Source: the human T2T-CHM13v2.0 reference genome, Homo sapiens. From it: a DNA stretch of 64,000 nucleotides. Positions 10,436-23,030 of this stretch are shown here, piece by piece. Both the position numbers and the translations under genes were made by a program. The notes under the pieces are model-generated. The model saw only the letters and a program-made list of their open reading frames with translations. It did not search any database and was not told the origin of the DNA. Position 1 is the first letter of the stretch, and every line of letters begins with the position of its first letter. The stretch lies in assembly GCF_009914755.1 (NCBI RefSeq), contig NC_060938.1; one strand, given 5' to 3'.

Positions 10436-13400
10436 AATTCTAATCGATGTCCTAAAATGATTAAGTGATTATATCCCAGTAAAATACTGGGTGTCTTCCA
10501 GTGCCACCAAAATTGGCCTTTAGGGGTTGAGTGCTATTGCCGTACTTTAAGATCTTGGTGCATTACCTGAAACGGACACTCTGTCTGTCATTGAACATTT
10601 GAACTTCGAATATATAGGAAATGTCAAGTTGGCATACTCTGCTATAACAGGAAGAGTGATTTGTTATTTAGAGCTGTTGTTCTTCCTTCTTTCCCCTTGG
10701 GATTCCTGCCCACTCAGTCAGATTAGAGCTATATAAACAAGCTCGTACTACTGAACTAGCACACATCTTGTAAATTTTTTTTCCTGAAGTGCTTAACGTT
10801 GCTGATGTCAGAAAAAAAAATCCATTGGGTTTTAATGGGCTGAGGCAAACAATGAGAATTTGATATAATATGGAGGAGAGGAAATAACTTCAACAGAAAT
10901 TCTTATTTGGCAGCATAAATATTCAAACTATATTACAGTCAGAGTTTGATTGCTTCTCCTACATGGCATTTCCCTGAATAGGGTTTTGAGGGCTGGGCAC
11001 TAAGAGTGGCAGGCATGATGTTTAAAGCATTTAGTTGCAAGCCATGGTAATTTCAGTGACATTGTAGGGTAATTGTAGTTGGTTCTCCTCTTAGCTCTGT
11101 GTCAGGATCACCTGAGGAGGTTGTTGGACCGCTGAAGGCTTCATCTCTGATGCACGAGTCAGAACATCTGAGGGTGGGGGTTGGGGTGGGATTCTCCATT
11201 GAATCTGATGCCAGTGGCCTGGGAATTTCACTTGGCCAAACCCTGGCTTAGAACAAGGTCACTGGTCAGTTTCGATATTCATTCTGTGCTGGGGCATTTC
11301 CATGACTTAGTGTCTTCCCTCTTCAAAAGCAACCCTGCGTGATGGAGGGGTCTCATCTTCCAGGCAAGGAGCTGGAAACGTAGGGTGGGAGAGCCCATTG
11401 TCAAAGGCCACATAGTAGCCTTAATGAGGCTAGAGCTGAGATGTGATTCCCAGTCTGACTTCAAAGCCCTTCCTTTTCCTATACCATCGAGGCCCTTCCT
11501 TCCTGCTCTGCTCAACATTGTTAGCTGCCGAACCCTAGGCTTTGCTTGTTCCAGAGGGGCTGGCATTATAAAGTAAACAGCAGGCATTTATTGTAACTGC
11601 AAGTTACAGATGCAGTGTCAGTTTGGAGTAGACTTGCAGGCACAATCCTGACTTTCAATGATTCACGAATCTGTTTGTGTCACAGGTGCTCAATTGTCCT
11701 ATTATGCATAGAGCATCCCCTTCACTATATTTTCTTCCCTCACCACATATTCCTTCTTACCTAAATTGCTTATGAATTCCAGAAGTGGATTGCTGAGTCC
11801 AGGCTGGTTCATATCAATAAACCTTGGGGAAAATCTTTATGTGTGATGCTATACATGGGTCTTTGTTGATCAAGAGTCTTCTTTATTGGCCACTTTTAAT
11901 GGCTTGTTATCCAGATGAATCTTCTGGAAGGAGGACACTGCATCCTGGTGGAATTTTATCAGTTCCATCATTCATTCAAACATATTTAAGTACCTTCTAT
12001 GTGCCAGGTTCTGCTCTAGGTGCCAGGGAGAGAGGGGTGAACCCCAACGATAAAGTCCCTGCCTATGAAGAACTGACTTTCTAGAGAAGAAGTCCCTGAT
12101 AGACAAGTAAACAAAGTCCCGCAGATTCAGATAGTTGCGAATCCCTGTTATCTCACTCTCCACACTTGGCTGTCTCCCACTTAATCTTTCTGGGATCAGA
12201 TTATCTTTGTGGCTTTTTTCTCTTGACTGTCTAGCACAAAGCTGAGCCGCTTCTGGGGCTTCAGATTTCTATGCCTGTGTGTGTGCATAGCCTTGGCTGG
12301 AATGGCAAACTTTGCCTCTCCCAGGCTTCTGCTCATCTGTCACCTCCTCCTACTCTGTGCCATCATAATTGAGCAACCACATATTATGGTGTCCTTTCTG
12401 TGAACACATCTGTTATTCCTACCGGTCTCTGAACATTTTAAGGAGAGGATCTGTGTCTGACTTATCTGTATATCCCCAGGGCCTAGCATGGAACCTTACA
12501 AAAGTAGATGCTCAGTATATTTGCTCAAAGAATAAATGATGAGTTCCAAAGAACCTGAGGGTGGGTGGTGTGGTATAGGAATTCCGTCATGGGGAGGGAT
12601 GCTGAGTCAGATGGGGGATGCTCCACCGCAGTGGTTTTGTGATTTATTCTTTGAGACATTGAGTGCTGTCATGAATAGAGGAGATGGGCTGGGATATAGG
12701 CAGTATTGACAGAGACACGTGGCATGGAACATTCTGGTGAGAACCTTTGAAGGAAAGTTAGAAATGTGAGGTTCTGAGGGTCTAGCTCAGAGCTGGAAGG
12801 AACTCTAAGGTTGCTGGATTTTATAGCCAATGCCCAACTGAGGTCCAGGGAAGCTGTGTGTCCTGGTTCTGATAGCTGGTTAGTTGCAAAGGAGCTAGGG
12901 GTGGGGTGATACCAGGACTCCTAGTTCAGAGGGCTTTCCACTATGCTGGGGCTATGGTGTGTGACAGATAACAGATTAAAGGCACAGAGAGGAGAAGGAA
13001 CTTGCCTAAGATCACACAGCTAGGAAGTGGTGGAGCCTGGATTTGGACATGGATCTGTCTAATGAGAGGCATCTTGTAACCATCAAGCTGTATTGTCTCT
13101 TCTTGAAGACTGTGAAATGCAAGGTCCTAGCCCATTTTCAGTTTTCCTCTTGGGTTAGCTGTGAGTCCATATAGGAAAATAATATTAACATGCTTTCTTT
13201 CTTTTGGTATGCAGTTACATGTTTTCAGAAAAATGTTCACATTCTTCAAATGTTAATATTGAAGCCCCTGGGTTGTTTACTGTGTGTATATATATGTATA
13301 TATAAGTACAATGAAGAACATTCTGTTTTTCTCTACCACTAAATTTAAACCCATTTCTATTGTACTCCATTTAAAAGAAGTATTTTACATCATACTATAA

Positions 13401-13770
13401 TGAATGAAAACCTAGTCCTTTAATTTCACAAGCCCCAGCTTTAATAGTCAATGAATTTAATTAGAAAATCTTTACCTATGTAGGTTTCACATCCAGTTCT
13501 CTATAACATCTGTTGACCTATGGACTAGAAAGTATATTATTATTTTAGAAATGATACTTTCTAGACACAGGAAAGCTAAATAGCTTGTCTGAGTTTCAAA
13601 ACGAGTTAATAGAGGAACCAAAAATAGAAACATTTCTACTGAATACGAGGCTTACTAAAATTCTTCACACAGAGACTATCTGCATTCACTTAGTAGTTTC
13701 CAGTCTAGACTCTGGAACATCAGCCTGTTTTAACACACACAAATGCTTCTGTTGGTGGGAGGGGGTGGCT

Positions 13771-13800
13771 GGGCAGAGGGAGGCCGGGCAGAGGGAGGCC
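13771..13800 (+). repeat. Perfect 15-bp tandem duplication (GGGCAGAGGGAGGCC)x2
   Basis: Read directly. Confidence 0.95.
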
Positions 13801-14825
13801 TGACACGTTTGTTTCTAGGTCATTTCCAACCTTGCTATTATAATACAGTTTTCTAGATAGAAGAGAATGTGCTCATTAAAGTGTTCATTTTAAAATAAAG
13901 CGACAGAAACTTAAAACGTCTCTATTACATGGATACATGAGTATATATAAATGAACTCAATTTTTGTTTTCATGCTCTGTTGTATTCTGTATTAAGGCAA
14001 AGGAGTAGGCAACTAAGTAGTTGTTTAAAAATAAAACTGTGTGTTGTTCATTTAATTTTAAAAGCCATTGGTTAGAATGGTAATCAGTGTTTCCATGTAG
14101 TACTATATTCATAGAAATCCTGATATTACAGTGTATAGAGATAATATTATAGAATGATGCTCTTTACCTCTTTATGTAATCTAATTTTAAAAAACATTGT
14201 AATTTATAAATAGTGAAGAAAGCAGGTAGTGTTATTCGAATGGGATATTTTCGGCAATTAAATTCTTAGCATAAATTACAAATTCCTCTCTCTCCCATTT
14301 TCCACCCAAATTTGTTTTTATGGAATGACCTTTGGTAGCAACTTGTTTTATAATAAAATGTTTCCTGAATTTGTATTTTGAATTGAAATGGCCTTTTCTG
14401 TCACGTATGGTATTTATAAGAGTTTCTTTGATGAAAAGCCTCTGAATTTTGTGCAAATAACCCAGGCAGCCTCTTAGATGAGGGATAACATTTGTATAGG
14501 ACTTTTATGGCTTTATACTCTGCTCTCATACTCAGCTTATTTGACCCTTACCTGCGGGGAACTTGGTGGAATTCACATTTTACTGCTGAGGACAATGTAG
14601 AGGAAGGTGCCTTGGCATGACTCAGAGCATATAGCAGGTGTTTGGTATGTTTGTTTTAAAGGGAAATTAACAAAAGAAACCCAAAAGATTCTTGTACTTG
14701 CTCAAGGTCACACAATAAATATAGTGTCATACCAAGGATTGAACTTCCTTCTTCACTCAAAACTTCCATATACTTGTTCTTATCTCACTGTTATCTTTTC
14801 AGGCTTTTCAAAAAGGCCACATTAA

Positions 14826-15600
14826 ATATATTTATTTTTCTTAATTGAGGTGAAATTCACATAACACAAAATTAGCCATCTTAAAGTGTATAATTCAGTG
14901 GCATTTCATGCTTTCACAGTGTTCTACAGCCATCACCTCTATCAAGGCCCCTGAAGGAGACCCTGTATCCATTAAGCAGTCACCCATTCCATCCTCCCTG
15001 CAGCTACTGGCAGCTACCAATCTGTTTCTTGTCTCTGTGGACTTACCTATTCTGGATATTTCATAAAAATAGACTCCAGCAATATGTGACGTTTTGTGTC
15101 TGGCTTTTTACACTTAGCGTGTTTTCACTTAGCATGTTTTCAAGGTTCATCCACGTTGTAGTGTGTGTCAGTACTTTATTTCTTTTTATTGCTCAATGAT
15201 ATCCCATTGTATGGATATACACGTTTTATTTATCCATTCATGCACTGATAGACATTTGGGTTGTTTCCCCCTTTTAACTATTGTGAATAGTGCTGCTATG
15301 AACATTTGTGTACAAGTATTTGATATTTGTTTTCAGTTAGTTTGTGTATGTACTTAGAAGTGGAATTGCTAGATCATATGGTAATTCTGTGTTCAACTTT
15401 TTTGAGGAAACACTAAGCTGTTTTCAGCAGTGACTGTGTCATTTTACATTCCTACCAGCAATGTTTGAGGATTTTGATTTCCCTGTATCCTTGCCAAGAC
15501 TTACTTGAGGTTTTTTTTTTTTAAATTATAATAATCTTAATGGGTATGAAGTGGTATCTCCTTGTGGTCTGGATTTTGATTTCCCTAATAAAATATTCAT
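14826..15600 (-). mobile_element. L1MB-like 3' end
   Basis: aattgaggtgaaattcacataaca...aaagtgtataattcagtggcattt...tgaatagtgctgctatgaacattt. Confidence 0.8.
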
Positions 15601-15704
15601 ATTTTAATGCATAGAATTAATCAGAAAATGAGCTTTGGCAAGGTGAACTCAACAGCAAAATGATTGGCTTCAACTGTCTTCAGGAGATTATTTAAGACTG
15701 CCGT

Positions 15705-16003
15705 GGCTGGGTGCGGTGGCGCACGCCTGTAATGCCAGCAGTTTGGGAGGCTGAGGCTGGTGCATCACCTAACGTCAGAAGTTTGTGACCAGCCTGACCA
15801 ACATGGAGAAACCCTGTCTCTACTAAAAATACAAAAATAGCTGGGTGTGGTGGCACATGCCTGTAATGCCAGCTACTCGGGAGGCTGAGGCAGGAGAATC
15901 ACTTAAACCCGGGAGGCGGAGGTTTCAGAGAGCTGAGATCGCGTCATTGCACTCTAGCCTGGGCAATAAGAGCGAAACTCTGTCTCAAAAAAAAACAAAA
16001 CAA
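15705..16003 (+). mobile_element. AluSp
   Basis: ctgaccaacatggagaaacc and aagagcgaaactc diagnostics; degenerate TSD aagactgccgt/aacactgctgt. Confidence 0.9.
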
Positions 16004-16271
16004 AACACTGCTGTATATTCACTCCTGGGGTGTGCGATTCTGAGCTGAAAATCAATAACATGTTGTTTGGGGATTAGAAGAATATTTGTGGATAGTAAGA
16101 CTGCAATCATCCCCTAACTTTAAAAAATGTATCATGTAATATCATGTTTTTGTTCATGGCATCTGCCAAAAGTTACTTAATTCTTTGCATTTCAAAGCCC
16201 TCTTTATATAATTCCTTCGTGACTTAATGGTTTATTCATTTATTTTTGCAGTGTGAGTGAAGACACTCAGG

Positions 16272-16355
16272 ATGGCTCAAGGATCCGGGGATCAAAGAGC
16301 AGTGGGGGTTGCTGACCCAGAGGAGAGTTCTCCAAACATGATCGTTTACTGCAAA
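16272..16355 (+). CDS. RGS6: RGS6 first coding exon (codons 1-28, [28 protein letters not shown]); exon 16252-16355 includes 20 nt of 5'UTR
   Basis: Acceptor tatttttgcAG ending 16251, with branch-like CTTAAT at ~16223-16228; in-frame upstream TGA at 16254-16256; strong Kozak AGGATGG; 84 coding nt then phase-0 donor AAA|GTAAGG at 16356; the peptide matches the RGS6 N-terminus as I remember it. Confidence 0.96.
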
Positions 16356-18668
16356 GTAAGGCGCCTGGTCAAGTGCCGTGCGTGCTGTCCGTGTGGACTG
16401 TTGTGTTCTGTGTAGGGCTGATAAAAAGACAAATGTTTTCTGCCTAAACTGCCTTACTGATAAATGCATATTTTCTTCTCACATCCTCTGGTTCTCTAGT
16501 TCTAAAATTCAAGGAAGTTCATACTTGAGCACTTGGTATTTAACACTTGAAAAATATTATGCCATTTAGTTTTCTTTAAACCCAAAGGTTGCCTAAGCAA
16601 TGCAGATGGGAAGACACATTCTCCTTCAGTGGAAAGGCCTTAGTGTAAGATGTATGAACTGAAAGTTCTTCAGACTCGTAGTATGTACAAAATCTGGGCT
16701 GAATGCTGTGGGAGATAGAGAGGTATATTTGTATGAGATGCTTACAGTTGGTAGGAGACATAAGATGTACACAAATAACTGTTATAGAGTCTAAATGTTA
16801 ATTTCCAAAATAGATGTGCAAGTAGAGTGTTACATAATTTCAGAGGAGGAGGCCAGTTCTCCCAGCCTCAGAGGTGAGAATGGGCTTGTGGAAGAGTGGT
16901 CTTTGAACTCAGTTTTAAAATATGTGCAGGATTGCTTTATGTGGAAAGCAGAGAGGAAGAACATACCAGGTGATGAGATGTTTCAGCAAGGGCACAGAGC
17001 TGAGGAAAGTAACAGCAACCGGAACTGGTTAGCTTGGACATAGGATGCATTACAAGGAGTAAATGGAGATAGGATTTTGGGAAGAGAGGCTGGCTGGAGC
17101 CAGATGTTAGTGTTGAATTAGACAATTTAATCAAGAAAAACTTCTGTGCCAAGAGTTGCAAGATTGAGATCACTTTGGGATTATGACTGTTGCCCCATTG
17201 TGCTGAATGGATTGTTATCAAGATAGAGCGGAGGCTCTAGGAGAGAGATTTCTGTGTCTGTGTGAAAGGTAAGGAGGGAAAGGAGAGACACTAATCCAGC
17301 CTGTGAAATCACCTTCAGAATTAAGAGAAACTGATAAGAGGAATTAAAGTCTGGATTAAAAATGACTTGGAAACTGAAGGAATATAGGCGGCAAGTAGAG
17401 GGTCAAAGATGACGGGGTTTTTGACGTTGGGTAAATGAAAATCATTGGTGCTATTAATTCAAATTGGGATATTTGGAAAAAGAATACATTTTAAAGGAAG
17501 AAAATGGCACATAAGTTTATTTTAGTACATGCTGAATTTGACATAATTGCTTCTTATTGTACACCTTTTTGATGTTTGCATGTTTGTGAAAATTTAAACT
17601 AACTCTCTTGTATGTTAATAAGGAAATAAGTTAATGTTCATTTCACTAACTACTTGAGTTTCTACTCAGTTCTGTGCATTCTGAGAGGCTCTGTGTATTA
17701 CTTATATGGGCAATGTGGAACTAGATATTCCTGGATGATCAATATGGTGAATTTTTCTCTTTTCCTTGTAAAAATAGAGTTCTCAAATTATTCTGGCTTT
17801 GAGTGTAAGATTCTGTAATTCTTTGCTTTGCAAGAGAATGTCTAGATAACCCATCTCTAAGAATGATGCTTATTAAATTGCGATAAAGAAAAAAATAGGT
17901 TAATGGGACTCAGTAATTAGTGAAACATACAGAATAATAGACATTGAGTCATTGTTACTTTCTTAACCCACCCCCAAACTGGGAGACCCCGTGCCAGGCT
18001 GGTAGGAACATGGGCTTTGGAGTGAGACTTAGGTTAAAATGCCAACTTTACCACTCTTTAGCAGTGTGACTGTAAGTTAGTTCTTTAACTTCCATGAGCC
18101 ACAATTTTTTCATCTGTAAAAAGAAAAAAAAATGTGGGAGGAAGGTAATTGTGAAGATCACTTTAGATAAATCGAATGAGGCATCTTATATCCTACTTAG
18201 ACCACAATGTGGTCCGTAATGAATATCTCTTTTTCTTTTCATGTTTAGGTCTTGTAGAGTCAGTGACACTTGGAGAGAAAATAAATGATAAAATCTCTAA
18301 ATGTTGGTGCTGTTAATAAGTTGTCTAGAGCAAATTTATACAGTGAGTTTTTTTTTAAGACACAGGAAAACAATAAAAATATTTTTATATTCTTCAGAGG
18401 ATTGCAAATTCATGGATTATTAAAGAATAAGAAATGCAAAGGTCATGTAACCCAACCACCTTTCTACTAGAATGTTTGTATTATGTTTACAGGAAAAAAA
18501 AACTTCCTGCAGGTTTATGAGAACTTGGTTTTTACTTTTTGGTGGTAGTAAGGGGCCCTTTTCTGGTTTAATTTAGTAACTAACATGTCAATTGCTGTAG
18601 TTCTTTAGAGAAATGACAACTAGTAATGAAACTATATCTTACTTTCGTGTGACAAACTTGTGTAAAGA

Positions 18669-18690
18669 GTATATATATATATATATATAT
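18669..18690. repeat. (TA)n microsatellite
   Basis: Read directly. Confidence 0.9.
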
Positions 18691-19669
18691 GTTCATGTTT
18701 ATTTGCTATATTAATTACCATAAAAGGGACATTGAATTGGTTCAGTCTGTTAGAAAGAAGACACGCTTATTGCACAGTGTGAGCTCAGGTCCTGACACCA
18801 TTTTAAACCTAGTTAACCTGACTGACTTAAACCATGGTTGTACTTGAACTATGGGATTTTCATATAGTTTTCTACTCCTGATGCTGTAGGCTGCCTTTTG
18901 GCTACAACCAAGAACTTACTTGCTGTAGGACATTATCCTCAAGGTATCATCAGTAAGGGTTGGATTGTGAAGCCAATGACAATTCAAAGCATTTTCTTTG
19001 GAAGTCCTTTTGTGTAATCAATTATTCAAAGTCATAGCCATAAACCCAAACCTTTCCTTAGATACCCACGACTACAATTTACATTTAAAAAATTGTGCTT
19101 TCATTTTTGTTTTCTTTCTCTTGTTTGTTGTTGTTGTTTTTTTTCTCTTGTTGTCAGACACTTTCAGTGTGAAATTTTTGCTTGGACTGCATTGTGTTGA
19201 TTCAGATGCTGACATTTAAAAAGCCAAATCTAGAGAAATGAAGCTTTTGGGTAAACTTTCGAGTAATAAGTGGATGATTATGTCCATAATGTTGTTGTGA
19301 CTTTTAAATGACATTTAGGATGGTAACCTCCTGACATATGAGTAATGATGGGTGGGTTTTTAAAGCCCACACTTTTCAGAACACTCTTCATTTCCTTTTC
19401 ATGTTTTCATGTCATTAACTGTGACAAGTTGTACTTTCCCAAGGCATGACTTATTTATTGACTTGAACAGACTTTCTAATTTAGTTTTTCATCCCTCATA
19501 TTCACAGTTTGGATTGGAGGTGTGTATGAAAAATGTATTGGTCACATTAAAGATCTATTTAAAAGAAAACCTTAATTATTCATGAAGACACCCAGACCTG
19601 TTAACCTTTTTTATATTCCTGTATCCTTAGGATCCTGAGTTACTGAATTGCCCAGTGTAATGATGATAT

Positions 19670-19842
19670 TTGAACCTAGCTATACATCACATCATTTAGG
19701 GTGCTTTATAAAAATGTTAATCCTCAAAGGACCCCCTCCACAAGGTATTTCTATTTAATAGGTCTGAGCTGGGTCCTAGGAATCTGAGTTTCAAGATGTT
19801 CTCAGGAAAATCTGATGCCCAACTAAGTTTGAAAAGCACTTA
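19670..19842. mobile_element. MER5A-like element
   Basis: aataggtctgagctgggtcctaggaatctg...tctgatgcccaactaagtttgaaaagcact. Confidence 0.6.
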
Positions 19843-20300
19843 CTTAGTCTTTTACAATATCCAGACATAGTATGTGTTGCAAAGTAATGAGAGAGTTGGT
19901 GTTTTGAATTAGATTTTTGATTTCATAATTATTTGTAGATCTCTCAAAACGTAGAAGAACCAAGCTCTTGTCATAGGGATTTTAGTAGCTTTTCCTTAGA
20001 TATTTTCTAGTCTTATTTTATAGATGAAAGAACTAAAAGTATAGAGAGGGTGAGTAACTTGATTAAGGCTCCTCAGCACTTTCCCATGGAAGCCATAATG
20101 GTGTCCAGGGAGCCTGGCCACTCCAATCAGTTGCCTTTCTAGCACCCTATGCGACTACCATGTTATCAACCACAGACTACTGTTACCACATTGTTGGAGC
20201 TGAGTAGCCATGGGGCACATTAAATTAATGAAAATAATATGTGGCAGATCTTTGACTTTCATGTTTCTTCTGGGAGAGTTGACTTGGATTAATGTCTCAC

Positions 20301-20710
20301 TTTTTTATTGATTTTTAAAAAATACTTTAAGTTCTAGGGTACATGTGCACAACGTGCAGGTTTGTTACATATGTATACATGTGCCATGTTGGTGTGCTGC
20401 ACCCATTAACTCTCATTTACATTAGGCATGTCTCCTAATGCTTTCCCTCCCCACTCCTGCCACCCCACGACAGGCCCCAGTGTGTGATGTTCCCCTTCCT
20501 GTGTCCAAGTGTTCTCATTGTTCAATTCCCACCTGTGAGTGAGAAGATGCAGTGTTTGGTTTTTTGTTCTTGCAATAGTTTGCTGAGAATGATGGTTTCC
20601 AGCTTCATCCATGTCCCTACAAAGGACACGAACTCATCCTTTTTTATGGCTGCATAGTATTCCATGGTGTATATGTGCCACATTTTCTTAATCCAGTATA
20701 TCATTGATGG
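20301..20710 (-). mobile_element. 5'-truncated L1PA (L1PA4/5-like) 3' end, ~410 bp
   Basis: atactttaagttctagggtacatgtgcacaacgtgcagg; ORF2 C-terminus WMKLETIILSKLLQEQKTKH; TSD AATGTCTCAC 20291-20300 / 20711-20720. Confidence 0.93.
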
Positions 20711-20917
20711 AATGTCTCACATTTTTAATGCTAAAGTTTCATTCTACTCATTGGTGCTTTTGCTTCTTCGGTAAAGATTTTCTAAAATGTTTACATAGGT
20801 AAGATTGCTTTTGAGTAAGAGTAGGTTGCTTTCTGATTTTGTTTGGATCTTTGGTGTTAACAATGCCTCTTGACAAAGTTCTCCTAACTAGACTGGTAAT
20901 TTGATTTGTTTGGGTCA

Positions 20918-21017
20918 GGAGGCATGGAAGACATCACACTCTGGATGTCTTCTACATCCAGAAGGATGGAGGCATGGCAGATGTCACACTCTGGATGTCT
21001 TCTACATCCAAAAGCTG
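20918..21017 (+). repeat. 50-bp tandem duplication; each unit carries the hairpin TGGATGT-cttct-ACATCCA
   Basis: ggaggcatggaagacatcacactctggatgtcttctacatccagaaggat / ggaggcatggcagatgtcacactctggatgtcttctacatccaaaagct. Confidence 0.93.
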
Positions 21018-22890
21018 GAGGCTCTGCCTGTCTGGTCCCAGCTTTGTGTGGAGAACTTCACTTTCCTGATTCTACTTCTTGTTTTGTTTTCTACCTTCTT
21101 CATTCTTTTCCTCCTTCCTTTTCAATTGTGAGATACTTCTAACACAAAAAGAATATATTCAGTGTCCATGTAAAGTAGAAAGAATTAAAAAATGAATTAT
21201 ATGCACTCACCATTAGCTTAATAAATAAAATGTAATACTTTGGCCTCATTTCCCCTTCTGTAAAGGGAGGAAATTGGTCTAAAAATGTACAAATACCTTT
21301 CTGCAATGATTTCAAAGTTCCATTCTATAACTTTTTGATCTTTCGTAAATTAGTACACTTCCCTGATATCAAAACAATGTTGTGAGACTATATGCACGTT
21401 TAAAGGTCTTTTGAGCTTTTGAAGAAATATTTTAGATAGTTGTAGGTAATCTAAATTGGATTGAGATAAAGCCCAGTTAAGTCAGGCATTAGAATAAAAA
21501 GCTTTAATTGTAATTATTTAATATTCAACAGTGGAATTTAGATGACATCTTGGTGGCAACCTGTTTCTTTGGCTTGCTAATAACATTTAAGACATTTATA
21601 AAATTATCATTTTGTAGTATTAATTATATGCTATATACATAACAAGTGGTGTTTAAGTAGCAACACTGTACATTGCCAGTAGTATATAGTGTCATAGATG
21701 AAATAGGGGTTTTAGAGGAAGACAAAAAAGGCCAATGTTCTTGTATATCAACAGGTTAGTTGCCTAGCCTCGTCACTGATGGCTTCCTTCACCTATTCAT
21801 TTCTAGTTATTGACTCCTTTTCTGCTGGAATTTGAGTCTAGCCTTTATGTTGCTCTGATACCCCAAGGTCACTCTTCCTAATGATTTAGGGCCCTTGAAG
21901 TCCTGGGCAGTAGTTGGTTTAGGCATACATCCAGAAAGTAAATGTCACACTATTTTAGTTACATTGGCTGTGGTATGCAGCAAGAAGGGAAGGATCTAGC
22001 CTGGAAGAATCCGATGCTATGGAGGAAGCTAGGGATAGAGTGTGGTTTGGAATTCATAGAGGGCAGTGGTAGAAGCCAGCACAATTGAGAGTCTGGGGAC
22101 CTGCAGGTCCTGGTGACTAAGGCATGATGAGGATTAGAAACTGTCGAATCAGGAAATACGTATTGAGTGTCATTTGTGTGCCAGACACTATTAGATGCTA
22201 GGAATGCAAGATGAGAACTGAGCCCTGAATGAGCCCACAGGCCAGCTGGGGGTAGATGGGGAACTAGACAATTACAGTGTTGGTAGAAGCAACTGAGGGG
22301 CATGGGAGGAGGTAGAGGGGTCATGTAGTCCATCCCAGGAGAGGGGATGATGATGTAGAAGACATCCAGAGGATTTGGCACCTGCTTCGATTCTTGAAAG
22401 ATGACTAGGAATTAACCAGATGGAGGAGGAGAGAGAAGGTGTAGGAGGCAGGACTAGCACCTGTAAAAGAGCAGATTTGTGATGTCGTATACCGAGTTCA
22501 GGAGACTTTAAGTGGTTGATATGAAGCTAGGTTTCTGTGATGAAAGGTTGAGGAATAGAGCTAGACAGATGGATTAGGGCCAGATCACAAAAGACCTTAT
22601 GTACCATGCCAAGGAGTTTAGACATTGTAAAAGTATCTTCCCTTTGGGCCTCCACACCCATGTTCAACTCCTTTGCATGCTGCTGTCTGCCCCAGAGGCT
22701 GAGCTGTGAGGACTACATTTACAGGGCTCCTGTGACCTCTGGGTTTCAGTTGGGTTTGGTTAGTAAAAGTCTGGAAAGAGATGGGAGGGAAGGAGAATCG
22801 CAATGTCAGAGAATTTCTTCTCCTGGGTCTCACTCTGCAAAACCTTGCACTGGCCATATCCGTCTACTGAAGTTTGTTGATTCTCTCAAG

Positions 22891-23016
22891 GCAGACTACT
22901 TTCCTCTTCTGGGTCCGGACATCCTTTTTGTCTACTCATCCTTTTGGGCCTTTGCCGACTACTTTCCTCTTCTGGGTCCGGACATCCTTTTCATCTACTC
23001 ATCCTTTTGGGCCTTG
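22891..23016 (+). repeat. 63-bp tandem duplication inside an old LTR-like sequence (possibly LTR33)
   Basis: gc(a/c)gactactttcctcttctgggtccggacatcctttt(tg/ca)tctactcatccttttgggcctt twice. Confidence 0.93.
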
Positions 23017-23030
23017 GGGTGGTTCCAGTT

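Noticed and set aside
10475-10491. CCCAGTA-aaa-TACTGGG hairpin
   Set aside because: A 7-bp stem is expected by chance in 64 kb
20918-23016. CRISPR-like array (palindromic repeats)
   Set aside because: Only two adjacent copies per repeat, no unique spacers, no cas genes, primate intron
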